Source of the DNA: Bacteroidales bacterium
GTDB taxonomy: Bacteria; Bacteroidota; Bacteroidia; Bacteroidales; UBA12077
Reading direction: 5' to 3'
Length of the DNA: 64,000 bases
Assembly (NCBI GenBank): GCA_963665525.1
Contig: OY762280.1
Location: forward strand, 2,241,451 to 2,305,450
The notes under the pieces were generated by a model, which was not told where the DNA came from, made no database searches, and saw nothing but the letters and a program-made list of their open reading frames with translations. Shown here one piece after another: positions 20,700 to 30,483 of this stretch (position 1 is its first letter; each line of letters starts with the position of its first letter). Position numbers and translations under genes: made by a program.

Positions 20700-20778
20700 G
20701 ATTAAATTTTTTAATTATACAAGCTACATACAATTCTATTCAGATTATGTTCACTTGTAATAGTTATTAAGATTTATT

Positions 20779-22434
20779 CTATTTTGATAATAAAACTCTT
20801 GCATTTTCAATTGCTGCATCAGAAAGAGCTTCACCACTTAACATCTTTGCGATTTCGTTTATTCTTTCTGTTTCTGATAAGAGTTTTATATAAGTATTGG
20901 TAGTTTCGTGATTATCTTTTTTAAATACTAAATAATGATGATCCCCTTTACTTGCTATTTGTGGCAAGTGTGTTATATTAATGACCTGCATATTAGCAGA
21001 CATTTTCTTAATGATTGTTCCCATTTTATCAGCAATCTCTCCCGATGTTCCTGTATCAATCTCATCAAATATAATGGTAGGTAAAGTTGTTGTTTCTACA
21101 ATTAATGACTTAATGCTTAGCATTAATCTAGAAATTTCACCTCCCGATGCAACTTTAGATAATTCTTCAAGTGCTATGTTTTTATTCGCCGAAAATAAAA
21201 ACCTGATCATTTCTTTTCCTGTAGAAAGAAACTCATCAACCGGCATTTGCTCAACACTAAAATTAGCATTTGGTATTCCCAGTTGCATTAAAACGTCTAT
21301 GACTCTTTCTTCAATACCCGGAATAATCTTCTTTCTATTTTCGGAAATATTTTGAGCTAAGTGATTTAATTCATTTTTAAGCTCATCTAACTCTTTTTTT
21401 AGTTTTTCTGTTTCGAAATCATAAGAAGTAATACGATCTATTTTTTGCTGTAAGTCTTCTTTTATCTCAATAAGCTCTTTAGTTGTTGCAACTTTATGCT
21501 TTTGCTCTAAAGAATAAATTAAGTCTAAACGCTCACGAATAAATTCAATTCTTGCCGGATCGTGTTCAATTCGTTCGTTTAAACGATCAACTTCGTTATG
21601 AATATCTTGTAATTCAATATATGTTGAGTCAAGCCTTTGTGTTAAATCATCACCTTCTTTCAAGAATTTTGAGATAGATCCAATGGCACTTTTTGCTTGT
21701 TTAAGATTAGAAATAATAGAGAACTCTTCGCCTGAGAACAACTCTATGCTCGTTGAAAGTTTAAGCTTTATTTCTTCTGTATGATTAAGCTGTTCAAGCT
21801 CTTCTTCTAAGTCTTCTTGCTCTCCATCAACTAATTTCAATTCCTCTAACTGATTGTATTGAAACTGATAATAATCCAAATCAGCTTTGGCTTTATCCGC
21901 ATTATTTACAAGCTTATGATATTCTGATGATAATATATTATACTCTTCAAATTTATTTCTATAATGATCTAATAAATCCTGATGATCGGCAAATGAATCT
22001 ACCAGACTTAATTGAAAATGATCATCCCCTAACAATAAACTCTCATGTTGAGAATGAATATCGATTAAATTATTGCTTAAATCTTTTAAAACTGTAAGGT
22101 TTACCGGTGTATCGTTTATAAAAGCTCTTGATTTACCATGATCTGTAATTTCACGACGAATGGTTGTCAAATCATCATAATCAAGATCATTAAGCTCAAA
22201 AAACTTCTTGAGTTTATATTGTTTCACCTGAAACTTTGCTTCAACAAAACATTTCTTAGATTTATCCTTTAAAACCGAAGTATCGGCTCTTTGTCCAAGA
22301 ACCAAAGATAAAGCACCCAATAAAATGGATTTACCGGCACCTGTTTCTCCTGTAATTATATTCAGGCCTTTATTAAAGTCTATCTCTAACTCGTTGATTA
22401 AGGCGTAATTTTGAATATAAATTGATTGAAGCAT
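20779..22434 (-). CDS. recN: DNA repair protein RecN
   Basis: The protein is 551 aa with Walker A GETGAGKS, a long coiled-coil middle, and C-terminal ASGGEISR plus IFDEIDTG. Confidence 0.93.
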   Translation of the reverse strand: MLQSIYIQNYALINELEIDFNKGLNIITGETGAGKSILLGALSLVLGQRADTSVLKDKSKKCFVEAKFQVKQYKLKKFFELNDLDYDDLTTIRREITDHGKSRAFINDTPVNLTVLKDLSNNLIDIHSQHESLLLGDDHFQLSLVDSFADHQDLLDHYRNKFEEYNILSSEYHKLVNNADKAKADLDYYQFQYNQLEELKLVDGEQEDLEEELEQLNHTEEIKLKLSTSIELFSGEEFSIISNLKQAKSAIGSISKFLKEGDDLTQRLDSTYIELQDIHNEVDRLNERIEHDPARIEFIRERLDLIYSLEQKHKVATTKELIEIKEDLQQKIDRITSYDFETEKLKKELDELKNELNHLAQNISENRKKIIPGIEERVIDVLMQLGIPNANFSVEQMPVDEFLSTGKEMIRFLFSANKNIALEELSKVASGGEISRLMLSIKSLIVETTTLPTIIFDEIDTGTSGEIADKMGTIIKKMSANMQVINITHLPQIASKGDHHYLVFKKDNHETTNTYIKLLSETERINEIAKMLSGEALSDAAIENARVLLSK

Positions 22435-22527
22435 AAATATTTGTTTATCTATATTAATGAATACAAACTTACTAAAAAAAGATTATTGAAAACCTCTTTC
22501 GAAAGTAAGTATGATAAAATCTTATAA

Positions 22528-23427
22528 TTATTGCTTTTTAATTTTTTTATAGGACTCTGACCTGGTAGGATCAATCTCAACTAAGATATTATACACCCGA
22601 TCGGCTTCTGCCATAAACGACTCTGAGAATACATTAATCAACTCGTCAGATTTTGCACTCATAATTAAATCGTAAAAGAACAAATAAGGATCAGGTTTTT
22701 GACGATGAACTTTTTGCATTAGTTCCAGGCTCTCGGCAATCTCTGTTCTTCCTGTAGCCTCTTTACTTTCCATTATATCAAGGCCTAAACGGTGATATCG
22801 ATATAGAAATTCTCTTACATTTCTGTATCGGTCGTTTAAAATATTTTCGATAAGCCAATATCTGTTTTTACGATTCTCAAAAGCTTTCCAACCTTTTTCA
22901 ACAGCATTTTGTGCATTATTTACAATTTGCTCGGCTTTCTGATAATATTCGGTACCTCCAAGCATTGAAAAAGTATCATAATCTAAGCCTAAAATGATGT
23001 ATGCATAATATGCTAAAACAGAAGTTAAATTTGATCGATGTTCATTTATTGCAAACTCTAAAGGTTCAAACTCAACATAGTTGAACTTAAAATCATCGTC
23101 TTTAAAGTTTAATATGGTTGTATTATAAGAGGTATTGTATGTAGGACGGCGCGATTGAACCTGTATGCTCCCTTTAAATTCATCGCCACTATGATCCTGT
23201 AAGTTAATTAAGATATTACATTCAATACGTTCTTCATTCGTATAAACATGATTGGTCCATGCTGTATTATTCATAAACTCGTAAAGTGCAGTTTGCAGTG
23301 TTTGAAAAACCTGCTTATTAGTTCCCTGTATTTGAGATGAATTTACCTGAATATTACATCGTAACTCTTGAGAGTACGTTGTATATATTACTAATATCAA
23401 TGTAGCAACTAATAATAATCTCTTCAT
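22528..23427 (-). CDS. DUF4835-family protein (conserved Bacteroidota partner of recN/coaBC)
   Basis: The protein is 299 aa with a signal peptide. It lies between recN and coaBC as in many Bacteroidota genomes. The family name is recalled from memory, not searched. Confidence 0.6.
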   Translation of the reverse strand: MKRLLLVATLILVIYTTYSQELRCNIQVNSSQIQGTNKQVFQTLQTALYEFMNNTAWTNHVYTNEERIECNILINLQDHSGDEFKGSIQVQSRRPTYNTSYNTTILNFKDDDFKFNYVEFEPLEFAINEHRSNLTSVLAYYAYIILGLDYDTFSMLGGTEYYQKAEQIVNNAQNAVEKGWKAFENRKNRYWLIENILNDRYRNVREFLYRYHRLGLDIMESKEATGRTEIAESLELMQKVHRQKPDPYLFFYDLIMSAKSDELINVFSESFMAEADRVYNILVEIDPTRSESYKKIKKQ

Positions 23428-23432
23428 GTTTA

Positions 23433-24638
23433 TTATTCCTTTAGTTTATCAATTAAAGCATCCACAATATCCCTGGCAACTTCCTTTTTCGGTTTAAGAT
23501 CAAATTCTTGAATACGATCTTGGTTATCGATGATACTTATTTTATTGGTGTCATATCCAAATCCTGCACCTTCATCTTTTAATGAATTAAGAACGATAAA
23601 ATCCAGGTTTTTATTTTTGATCTTTTTCTTAGCATTACTTTCTTCATGATCTGTCTCCAGTGCGAAACCAATAAGTAACTGTTCTTCTCTCTTTATTTTT
23701 CCAAGTTCAGCTGCAATATCTTTATTTGGTTCAAGATTGATATGCATATCTTCTTTACCTCTTTTCACCTTGCTATCAAAGCTTACCGAAGGTTTAAAGT
23801 CTGCTACTGCTGCCGACATGATGGCGGCATTACATTCCGGGAAATGTTTTACACTTTCATCATACATCTCCTGCGCAGTTTGAATATTTATTCTCTCGAT
23901 TAAAGGATTTTCACATTGTAAATGTGTTGGCCCGGCAACTAAAATAACTTCGGCACCTTGATTTGCTAATTCTTCAGCGATAGCAAAACCCATTTTACCC
24001 GAACTATAATTCCCAATAAACCGAACAGGATCAATGGGTTCGTAAGTCGGCCCGGCGGTTACCAGTATTTTTTTAGATTTTAGTTTTTTTTTTGAAGAGA
24101 AGAATTCAATAATTCTTTCTGTAATGACTTCAGGTTCTGCCATTCGACCTTTTCCAACCAAACCACTGGCTAATTCTCCACTATCGGGTTCAACCATGAT
24201 ATTACCATACGACTTTAGAATTTCCATATTTTTGGTAGTCGCAGGATGTTGATACATATCCAAGTCCATGGTTGGTGCAAACATGACAGGGCATCGTGCG
24301 GATAAGTATGTTGTAAGCAATAAGTTATCGGCAATACCATGAGCCATTTTAGCCATAGAATTGGCAGTAGCCGGAGCAATAACATAAAGATCAGACCAAA
24401 GTCCAATGTCTACATGGCTATTCCATTGTCCATTTTCAGGGTCAAAAAACTCCACTAGAATTGGATTCTTTGATAAAGTAGCTAAAGTAAGTGGTGTAAT
24501 AAACTCTTTAGCCAATTTGGTCATAACTACTTTTACTTGCGCACCTTCTTTAACAAGTAATCTAACAAGAATAGCAGCTTTATAGGCCGCTATTCCTCCA
24601 GTTATTCCTAATAAAATATTTTTTCCTTTTAGCTTCAT
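23433..24638 (-). CDS. coaBC: Bifunctional phosphopantothenoylcysteine decarboxylase / phosphopantothenate-cysteine ligase
   Basis: The protein is 401 aa. The N-terminal flavoprotein part (GITGGIAAYKA) and C-terminal DFP ligase part (LVTAGPTYEPIDPVRFIGNYSSGKMG) are both present. Confidence 0.93.
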   Translation of the reverse strand: MKLKGKNILLGITGGIAAYKAAILVRLLVKEGAQVKVVMTKLAKEFITPLTLATLSKNPILVEFFDPENGQWNSHVDIGLWSDLYVIAPATANSMAKMAHGIADNLLLTTYLSARCPVMFAPTMDLDMYQHPATTKNMEILKSYGNIMVEPDSGELASGLVGKGRMAEPEVITERIIEFFSSKKKLKSKKILVTAGPTYEPIDPVRFIGNYSSGKMGFAIAEELANQGAEVILVAGPTHLQCENPLIERINIQTAQEMYDESVKHFPECNAAIMSAAVADFKPSVSFDSKVKRGKEDMHINLEPNKDIAAELGKIKREEQLLIGFALETDHEESNAKKKIKNKNLDFIVLNSLKDEGAGFGYDTNKISIIDNQDRIQEFDLKPKKEVARDIVDALIDKLKE

Positions 24639-24659
24639 GAGCTAATTTTTAGAATAATA

Positions 24660-24989
24660 CTATTCAGTTTCTTCAGCTTCTGGTTTTCTGAAATAAATCT
24701 GATCATCCATAAACTCTTGCATTGCTATCAATGAAGGTTTAGGTAGTCTTTCATAAAATCTTGATATCTCAATTTGCTCTCTATTTTCAAATACTTCTTC
24801 CAAATTATCGGTATAAGATGCAAATTCTTCCAACTTTCTATTCAACTCTTCCTTAAGCTCACTACCAATCTGGTTTGCTCTTTTAGAAACAATCGCAACC
24901 GTTTCATAAATGTTACCAGTAACTTTATCTACTTCATTTAAGTTACGAGTTACCGTAGTTGCAGGAGCTTTTGTTTTTTTGTAATCCAT
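24660..24989 (-). CDS. rpoZ: DNA-directed RNA polymerase subunit omega
   Basis: The protein is 109 aa and acidic. It has the omega-like motif NIYETVAIVSKRANQI and the conserved position between coaBC and bamD. Confidence 0.7.
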   Translation of the reverse strand: MDYKKTKAPATTVTRNLNEVDKVTGNIYETVAIVSKRANQIGSELKEELNRKLEEFASYTDNLEEVFENREQIEISRFYERLPKPSLIAMQEFMDDQIYFRKPEAEETE

Positions 24990-25010
24990 CCTAAAAAGAT
25001 TTATTAAACA

Positions 25011-25820
25011 CTAATTTTTTAATATACGTTGTGAATTATCAAACATTCTAGTTGCTTCTTGAGTAAACTCACTTTCCGGAAATTCTCCAACAAACGAGTA
25101 ATACTCATCAACTGTTGATTGATATCTTTCAATTCTTTTGTATTCAATACTATTCTCAGCTAGTAAAAATTTAGCTTTTAAAACAAGAAACATGATTTCT
25201 TCTCTGTATTCTGTTTCTGGAAAATCATCTAGACTATTATTCAAAGCAATAATGGCGGCCTTATAGTCTCCTAAATCGTAATACAATTTAGCACTTAAAT
25301 ATGATTTCTCAACAAGTTTGTTGCGTAATTCTTTTATATAATTAATACATTCATCCTTTCTATCGCTATTTGGATATCTAGACATATACAAAGTAAATAA
25401 TGTAATAGCCTGGTATGAAAAAGACTGATCCAGTGTAGGACGAGGGGCCTGCAAATAAGTACAGTAAGCATTCATAAATTCAGCTTCTTCTGCAAAATGA
25501 CTATTCCCGTATGTTCTTTTAAACTCATCGAAATAATGAGCTGCTAACAAATAGCTTTTTTCATAATAGTTACTATAAGCTGAATAAAAAAATACCGTAT
25601 CGGCCTGTTGTGTGCCTTTTAGTATTGGTTTTAATTGTTCAAATAAGCCATCCGCTCTCATATAATCCTCTTCGGCATAATATTCAAGAGCCTTCTGATA
25701 CTTTAGTTTATAATCGCGACTTTTTAATAATTTCTCGTATTTACACGATGAAACCACTGTCAACAATAGAATAAATGGTATTAATCTTCTCATTTTTTTA
25801 AACATTTTGCAAATGTACAA
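25011..25820 (-). CDS. bamD: Outer membrane protein assembly factor BamD (TPR lipoprotein)
   Basis: The lipobox is VVSSCKYE and TPR-like repeats run throughout. The true start is probably the internal MFKKMRRL (25805). Confidence 0.78.
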   Translation of the reverse strand: MYICKMFKKMRRLIPFILLLTVVSSCKYEKLLKSRDYKLKYQKALEYYAEEDYMRADGLFEQLKPILKGTQQADTVFFYSAYSNYYEKSYLLAAHYFDEFKRTYGNSHFAEEAEFMNAYCTYLQAPRPTLDQSFSYQAITLFTLYMSRYPNSDRKDECINYIKELRNKLVEKSYLSAKLYYDLGDYKAAIIALNNSLDDFPETEYREEIMFLVLKAKFLLAENSIEYKRIERYQSTVDEYYSFVGEFPESEFTQEATRMFDNSQRILKN

Positions 25821-25952
25821 TTTTAGTTTAAATTGCTAAAATATAATTACACTAAACGCTCATTTTATTGAATTTATTTTCATGGATTTGCTATTTTTTT
25901 AAAAAAACGTACTTTTGTGCCTTTATAAAGTAATTCATAAAATCATAAAATC

Positions 25953-27203
25953 GTGGATATATTTGATAAGATAAAAGAAAGCATGGGACCTTTAGGTCAG
26001 CATATGAAAGAAGCTCATGGCTATTTTACATTTCCTAAGTTAGAAGGCGAAATTCATCCTAAAATGAAATTTAGAGGAAAAGAAGTTCTAACGTGGAGTT
26101 TAAATAATTATATTGGTTTGGCAAACCATCCAGAAGTTCGAAAAGCAGATGCAGAAGCAGCCAAAGAATATGGTTTAGCTTATCCAATGGGAGCTCGAAT
26201 GATGTCGGGACAGACAAGCAAGCACGAAGAGCTTGAAAATAAATTAGCTGAGTTTGTACATAAAGAAGATGCATTTCTTTTAAATTTTGGATACCAGGGA
26301 ATGGTTTCTATCATTGATAGTTTAGTTACACGAAAAGATGTCATTGTATACGATAATGAATCGCATGCCTGTATTATGGATGGTATTTTTCTTCATAAAG
26401 CTAAGGGAGGGAAAAGTTTTGTATACGCTCATAATGACATGGAGAAATGCGAAAAAATGTTAGGTTTTGCTGCCAAACGAGCTAAAGAATCTGGAGGAGG
26501 AGTTCTTGTGATTACCGAAGGTGTTTTTGGTATGGCAGGTGATTTAGGAAAATTAAAAGAAATCGTTGCTTTAAAAGAAAAATTCGATTTCAGATTATTA
26601 GTAGATGATGCTCATGGTTTTGGTACTATGGGTAAAACAGGTGCTGGTACTGGAGAACATTTTGGTGTACAAGATGGAATAGATGTTTACTTTGCTACAT
26701 TCGCTAAAGCAATGGCCGGAATAGGTGCATTTGTTGCTTCAACTGAAGAAGTAACTAACTATTTAAGATACAATTTAAGATCTCAAATTTTTGCTAAATC
26801 ATTACCAATGCCTATTGTATTGGGATCTCTAAAAAGATTAGAGTTATTAAAAACCCAATCATCTTTAAGAGAAAATCTTTGGACTATTGTAAATGCTTTA
26901 CAAAAAGGATTAAAAGATGCCGGATTTAATTTAGGTGTTACAGAATCGCCTGTTACTCCTGTATATTTATCTGGTAGTATTCCTGAAGGAACAAACATTA
27001 CCATGGATTTAAGAGAAAACTACAATGTTTTCTGTTCAATCGTTGTTTATCCTGTAATTCCTAAAGGTCAATTATTATTAAGACTTATTCCTACTGCAAT
27101 GCATACTTTAGAAGATGTTGAGTATACCATCAATGCATTTAAAGCTGTTCATAAAAAATTAATTAATGGAGAATACCAAACAGATAAAATTGCAAAAGTT
27201 TAA
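25953..27203 (+). CDS. PLP-dependent alpha-oxoamine synthase family enzyme (KBL / serine palmitoyltransferase / BioF-like)
   Basis: The protein is 416 aa from a GTG start in the track. It has the DDAHGFG motif and PLP-lysine context ATFAKAMAG. The sequence alone does not separate KBL from SPT. Confidence 0.8.
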   Translation: MDIFDKIKESMGPLGQHMKEAHGYFTFPKLEGEIHPKMKFRGKEVLTWSLNNYIGLANHPEVRKADAEAAKEYGLAYPMGARMMSGQTSKHEELENKLAEFVHKEDAFLLNFGYQGMVSIIDSLVTRKDVIVYDNESHACIMDGIFLHKAKGGKSFVYAHNDMEKCEKMLGFAAKRAKESGGGVLVITEGVFGMAGDLGKLKEIVALKEKFDFRLLVDDAHGFGTMGKTGAGTGEHFGVQDGIDVYFATFAKAMAGIGAFVASTEEVTNYLRYNLRSQIFAKSLPMPIVLGSLKRLELLKTQSSLRENLWTIVNALQKGLKDAGFNLGVTESPVTPVYLSGSIPEGTNITMDLRENYNVFCSIVVYPVIPKGQLLLRLIPTAMHTLEDVEYTINAFKAVHKKLINGEYQTDKIAKV

Positions 27204-27222
27204 TCTGTATTAAGAATATAAG

Positions 27223-27254
27223 AAAAGCCGATTCCATAAAGAATCGGCTTTTTT
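27223..27254. terminator. Bidirectional rho-independent terminator between convergent genes
   Basis: A perfect 12-bp stem AAAAGCCGATTC / GAATCGGCTTTT has a 6-nt loop, with A-run and T-run flanks. Confidence 0.85.
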
Positions 27255-27274
27255 ATATCAACAAGAATTATTTA

Positions 27275-28264
27275 CTATTGTGCTGCTAAGAATCGTTCTG
27301 CATCAATAGCTGCTTTACAACCAGATCCTGCAGCTGTTATCGCTTGTCTGTAATCAGGATCCATCACATCGCCACAGGCAAATACACCAGGTACTTTTGT
27401 TTTTGAACTTCCAGGTTCTGTTACAATATAACCAACTTCATCTGTGTCAAGGTAATCTGTAAAAATATCTGAATTGGGTTTATGACCTATCGCTACAAAA
27501 AAACCGTGAATATCTTTTTTAACTTCTTCACCTTTGGCATTGTTTAAAACCACTCCGTTAACACCACTCATATCACCAACAATTTCTTTGGTTGTATGCT
27601 CGAATAAAACTTCGATATTTGGTGTTTTCATCACTCTTTCAACCATCACTTTAGATGCTCGCATATAATCTTTACGAATAATTAAATAAACCTTATTACA
27701 GATTCCTGCAAGATATGTTGCTTCTTCTGCAGCCGTATCGCCACCACCAACAACTGCTACATCTTTTCCTTTATAAAAGAAGCCATCACAAGTAGCACAT
27801 GCCGATACTCCCATTCCCTTATATTTCTCTTCTGATTCTAATCCAAGATATTTAGCTGTTGCTCCTGTTGCAATAATTAAAGACTCAGCTTCAATCAATT
27901 TATTACCATCAATGGTAACTTTAAATGGGCGTTGGCTTAAATCAGTTGCTGTAGCTATACCAAATCTTACATCAGTACCAAAGCGCTGTGCTTGTTTTTT
28001 TAAATCTTCCATCATGGCAGGTCCGGTAATTCCTTCCGGATATCCAGGGAAATTCTCAACATCGTTCGTTGTGGTTAGCTGACCGCCTGGTTCTAAACCC
28101 TCGTACATTACAGGATTTAAATTAGCCCTGGCAGCATAAATTGCAGCAGTATAACCGGCAGGCCCTGAACCTATGATTAAACATTTTACTTTTTCTGCAT
28201 CAGAATTGGTCATGCTCTGACTTTTATCTTCTTCTAAATTGTCCATTGACTTAAATAATGCCAT
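27275..28264 (-). CDS. trxB: Thioredoxin-disulfide reductase
   Basis: The protein is 329 aa with FAD motif IIGSGPAGYTAA, redox-active CATCDG and NADPH motif VVGGGDTAAEEA. Confidence 0.93.
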   Translation of the reverse strand: MALFKSMDNLEEDKSQSMTNSDAEKVKCLIIGSGPAGYTAAIYAARANLNPVMYEGLEPGGQLTTTNDVENFPGYPEGITGPAMMEDLKKQAQRFGTDVRFGIATATDLSQRPFKVTIDGNKLIEAESLIIATGATAKYLGLESEEKYKGMGVSACATCDGFFYKGKDVAVVGGGDTAAEEATYLAGICNKVYLIIRKDYMRASKVMVERVMKTPNIEVLFEHTTKEIVGDMSGVNGVVLNNAKGEEVKKDIHGFFVAIGHKPNSDIFTDYLDTDEVGYIVTEPGSSKTKVPGVFACGDVMDPDYRQAITAAGSGCKAAIDAERFLAAQ

Positions 28265-28419
28265 TTTATTTTGATTTTAATTTATTGATTTGTTTTTTCT
28301 TACTAATTATCTAACTATTTATATTTTTATGATTCTTTCCAAGCAATAAATATACCATATTTTAATTTAAAAGAAATTTTGGATATTAAGATTTCGTAAG
28401 TATTTTTACAATCCTGATT

Positions 28420-28493
28420 CGGGGTGTGGCGCAGTTGGCTAGCGTACTTGCATGGGGTGCAAGTGGTCGTCCGTTCGAGTCGGATCACCCCGA
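28420..28493 (+). tRNA. tRNA-Pro (anticodon GGG)
   Basis: Folded by hand, the acceptor is CGGGGTG/CACCCCG and the D stem GCGC/GCGT. The anticodon stem CTTGC/GCAAG carries loop A-T-GGG-G-T. The T arm is GTCCG-TTCGAGT-CGGAT and the discriminator is A. No encoded CCA. Confidence 0.9.
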
Positions 28494-28757
28494 CAATCAA
28501 TAAGTCTGTTTTGCATAGCAAAATGGGCTTTTTTTATTGGTCGCATTTTTGTCGCAAACCGTCATAATTACCAACAACCTGACAAATTAACACTTTAAGC
28601 TGACAATCCTTTCTTTGTAATGAATTATGTTTAACTTTATAAGAATAATCATAGTACAAATTGTACTTGTATAAGCAACTTAGGGCCAATTATACTTATT
28701 GTCTTGTGCATTGTGCTAAAAAAGATGATTAATTTTTTAAGTTTAAGCAATTTTACA

Positions 28758-29525
28758 ATGTCGGAAAAAATAATAGAGAACGATAGTAAATTTCATCAAC
28801 CACAGTGGAATGCAAAATTGTGGAGATATATGTCTATCGATAAGTTTTTTGATTTATTATTAAATAATCAGCTTTATTTCTCAAATCTTATCAAAATGAC
28901 TGATGAAAACGAAGCTCAAATACCAAAGAAAAATATTGAAGAATTACGAAAGTCATTTTCAGATAAATTTAATGATAACGATAAGGATAGACCTGACTTT
29001 ATAGATTTCAATATTGACATTTTACAAAGAAAGCAATCTACATTTGTGAATTGCTGGATATTAAGTCCAAATGAAAGTTATGCACTTTGGAAAATATATT
29101 TGGGTGGTGAAAAATTAGGTATTGCAATAAAAACTAATACCAAAAAGTTGGTAGATTCTATTAATTCTGAGAATGTTTTTAAAAATGATCACATTTATTT
29201 TTCTAAAGTAGATTATGCAGATTATTTAAAAGGTGAAATTGATATTAAAAAACTAACCATTACAAAAAGACTACCATATAAATATGAAAATGAAGCAAGA
29301 TTAATGGTATTTAAAGAACCTGAATTTAAGCAATCTGTTTTCTCTAAAGAACAAAATATTATAAACGGTCTAAAATTTAATATAAACGCGGATTCTTTAA
29401 TTGAAGAAATTTATCTATCTCCTTTTGGCGGGAATGTATTTAAATATAACTTTAAAAAATTAATAGAAAAGATTAATCCAAGCTTAGTTTCAAGATTAAG
29501 AAAATCTGAAATAAGAGATAAATAA
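28758..29525 (+). CDS. DUF2971-like protein (cassette 1)
   Basis: The track ORF starts at TTG 28704; ATG 28758 (MSEKIIEN) is more plausible. The motif LWRYMSIDKFFDLLLNNQLYFSNLIKMTDENE resembles the DUF2971 N-terminal signature (recalled). The stop is 6 nt before repeat A. Confidence 0.6.
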   Translation: MSEKIIENDSKFHQPQWNAKLWRYMSIDKFFDLLLNNQLYFSNLIKMTDENEAQIPKKNIEELRKSFSDKFNDNDKDRPDFIDFNIDILQRKQSTFVNCWILSPNESYALWKIYLGGEKLGIAIKTNTKKLVDSINSENVFKNDHIYFSKVDYADYLKGEIDIKKLTITKRLPYKYENEARLMVFKEPEFKQSVFSKEQNIINGLKFNINADSLIEEIYLSPFGGNVFKYNFKKLIEKINPSLVSRLRKSEIRDK

Positions 29526-29530
29526 CTGGT

Positions 29531-29676
29531 CATAACATCGGGTCAAACTGCATACGGGGTTTTGGTGGTTTTTTGACAAATTTAGTTATCTTTAACATTG
29601 TTTCAGTACCGATAGCTATCGGTACTGAAACACAGTGGCGATCCCGCACGCTTCAAACCTGAGTACCGTTGCAAAT
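29531..29676 (+). repeat. attC-like repeat A
   Basis: The 5' end is cATAACATCGGGTCAAACTGCATACGGGG. A central perfect 32-nt palindrome lies at 29600..29631. The 3' end is GATCCCGCAC...GAGTACCGTTGCAAAT. It aligns with repeats B-E. Confidence 0.75.
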
Positions 29677-29735
29677 AGGCGAATAAAACCCACGGAATCA
29701 ATCTTACTTCTTAAGTTTAAATATTTGCAGCTACT

Positions 29736-30381
29736 TTATTGTTCTTTATAATTACTTGAATAATCTTGCAACTGCAAGCTGAACTGTGAGATTGAATTAG
29801 CTAATGCTTCGTTCCATGAATTTGCAATTAACTCTTCAGCTTTTTTAGTTGCAATGAATGCAAATGGATTAATTGCAGTTGCTATAGCATTGCCAGATAA
29901 TCTTTCTACTGAATTTCCATCAGTAACAGTGGTAAAAATTATATTCTTTTTTGAGTCCATAACAATGTAGTCGATATATAAATTAGTTTTCGTGTCGCTA
30001 AAAATGGATTTGCCCATATCTATTTTATAATCTTTCCAATCAACTTTAAGATAATAGTCATAGTTTTCATTTTCAGAAATTTCATTTGCAAAATCCACTT
30101 CCTGAAATTGAGAAGATATAAAACTTAAAGCATTTGATTTTATAGATTCTCCTCCATTTAATGAAAATTTATCTGAAAAAGCTCCAGGTTTAAAAACAAT
30201 TACTTTTTCAGAAGTATTTTTATCCATAACAACCAAAATACTAGAGTTTTTTTTTCAAAGCGTCTTTTTGTATTACTATTCCCTTTTCGAGTGGAACCTT
30301 TCTAACACAACTAATTAGAAATAACATAGTAATGAAGTAAGTTATTTTTACAAATCCATTTTTAACATTTACTTTTTTCAT
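29736..30381 (-). pseudogene. Lipoprotein gene interrupted by a frameshift at an A9 tract (cassette 2, reverse orientation)
   Basis: ATG at 30381 gives MKKVNVKNGFVKITYFITMLFLISCVRKVPLEKGIVIQKDALKKKL*, stopping at 30241. Removing one A from the A9 run (T9 on plus strand, 30247..30255) joins it in frame to the 166-aa track ORF 29736..30236, which has only a TTG start. Confidence 0.65.
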
Positions 30382-30483
30382 GCTTTTCTTTTTATGAGTT
30401 AATATTTATCTGTCATTATCAATATTTTAGTAAAATTATGAAATATAACATCTTAAGTCAATAAATTTGTTTATTCGCCCAAT

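Noticed and set aside
28327-28521. 64-aa minus-strand ORF
   Set aside because: It overlaps the tRNA-Pro gene on the opposite strand. The sequence there is explained by the tRNA.
28494-28703. Search for an integron integrase remnant or attI-like site between tRNA-Pro and the first cassette
   Set aside because: No ORF or recombinase-like translation is present in 210 nt. The only resemblance is ACCGTCATAAT (about 28565), which is similar to GGTCATAAC at the 5' end of repeat A. This is too short to call.
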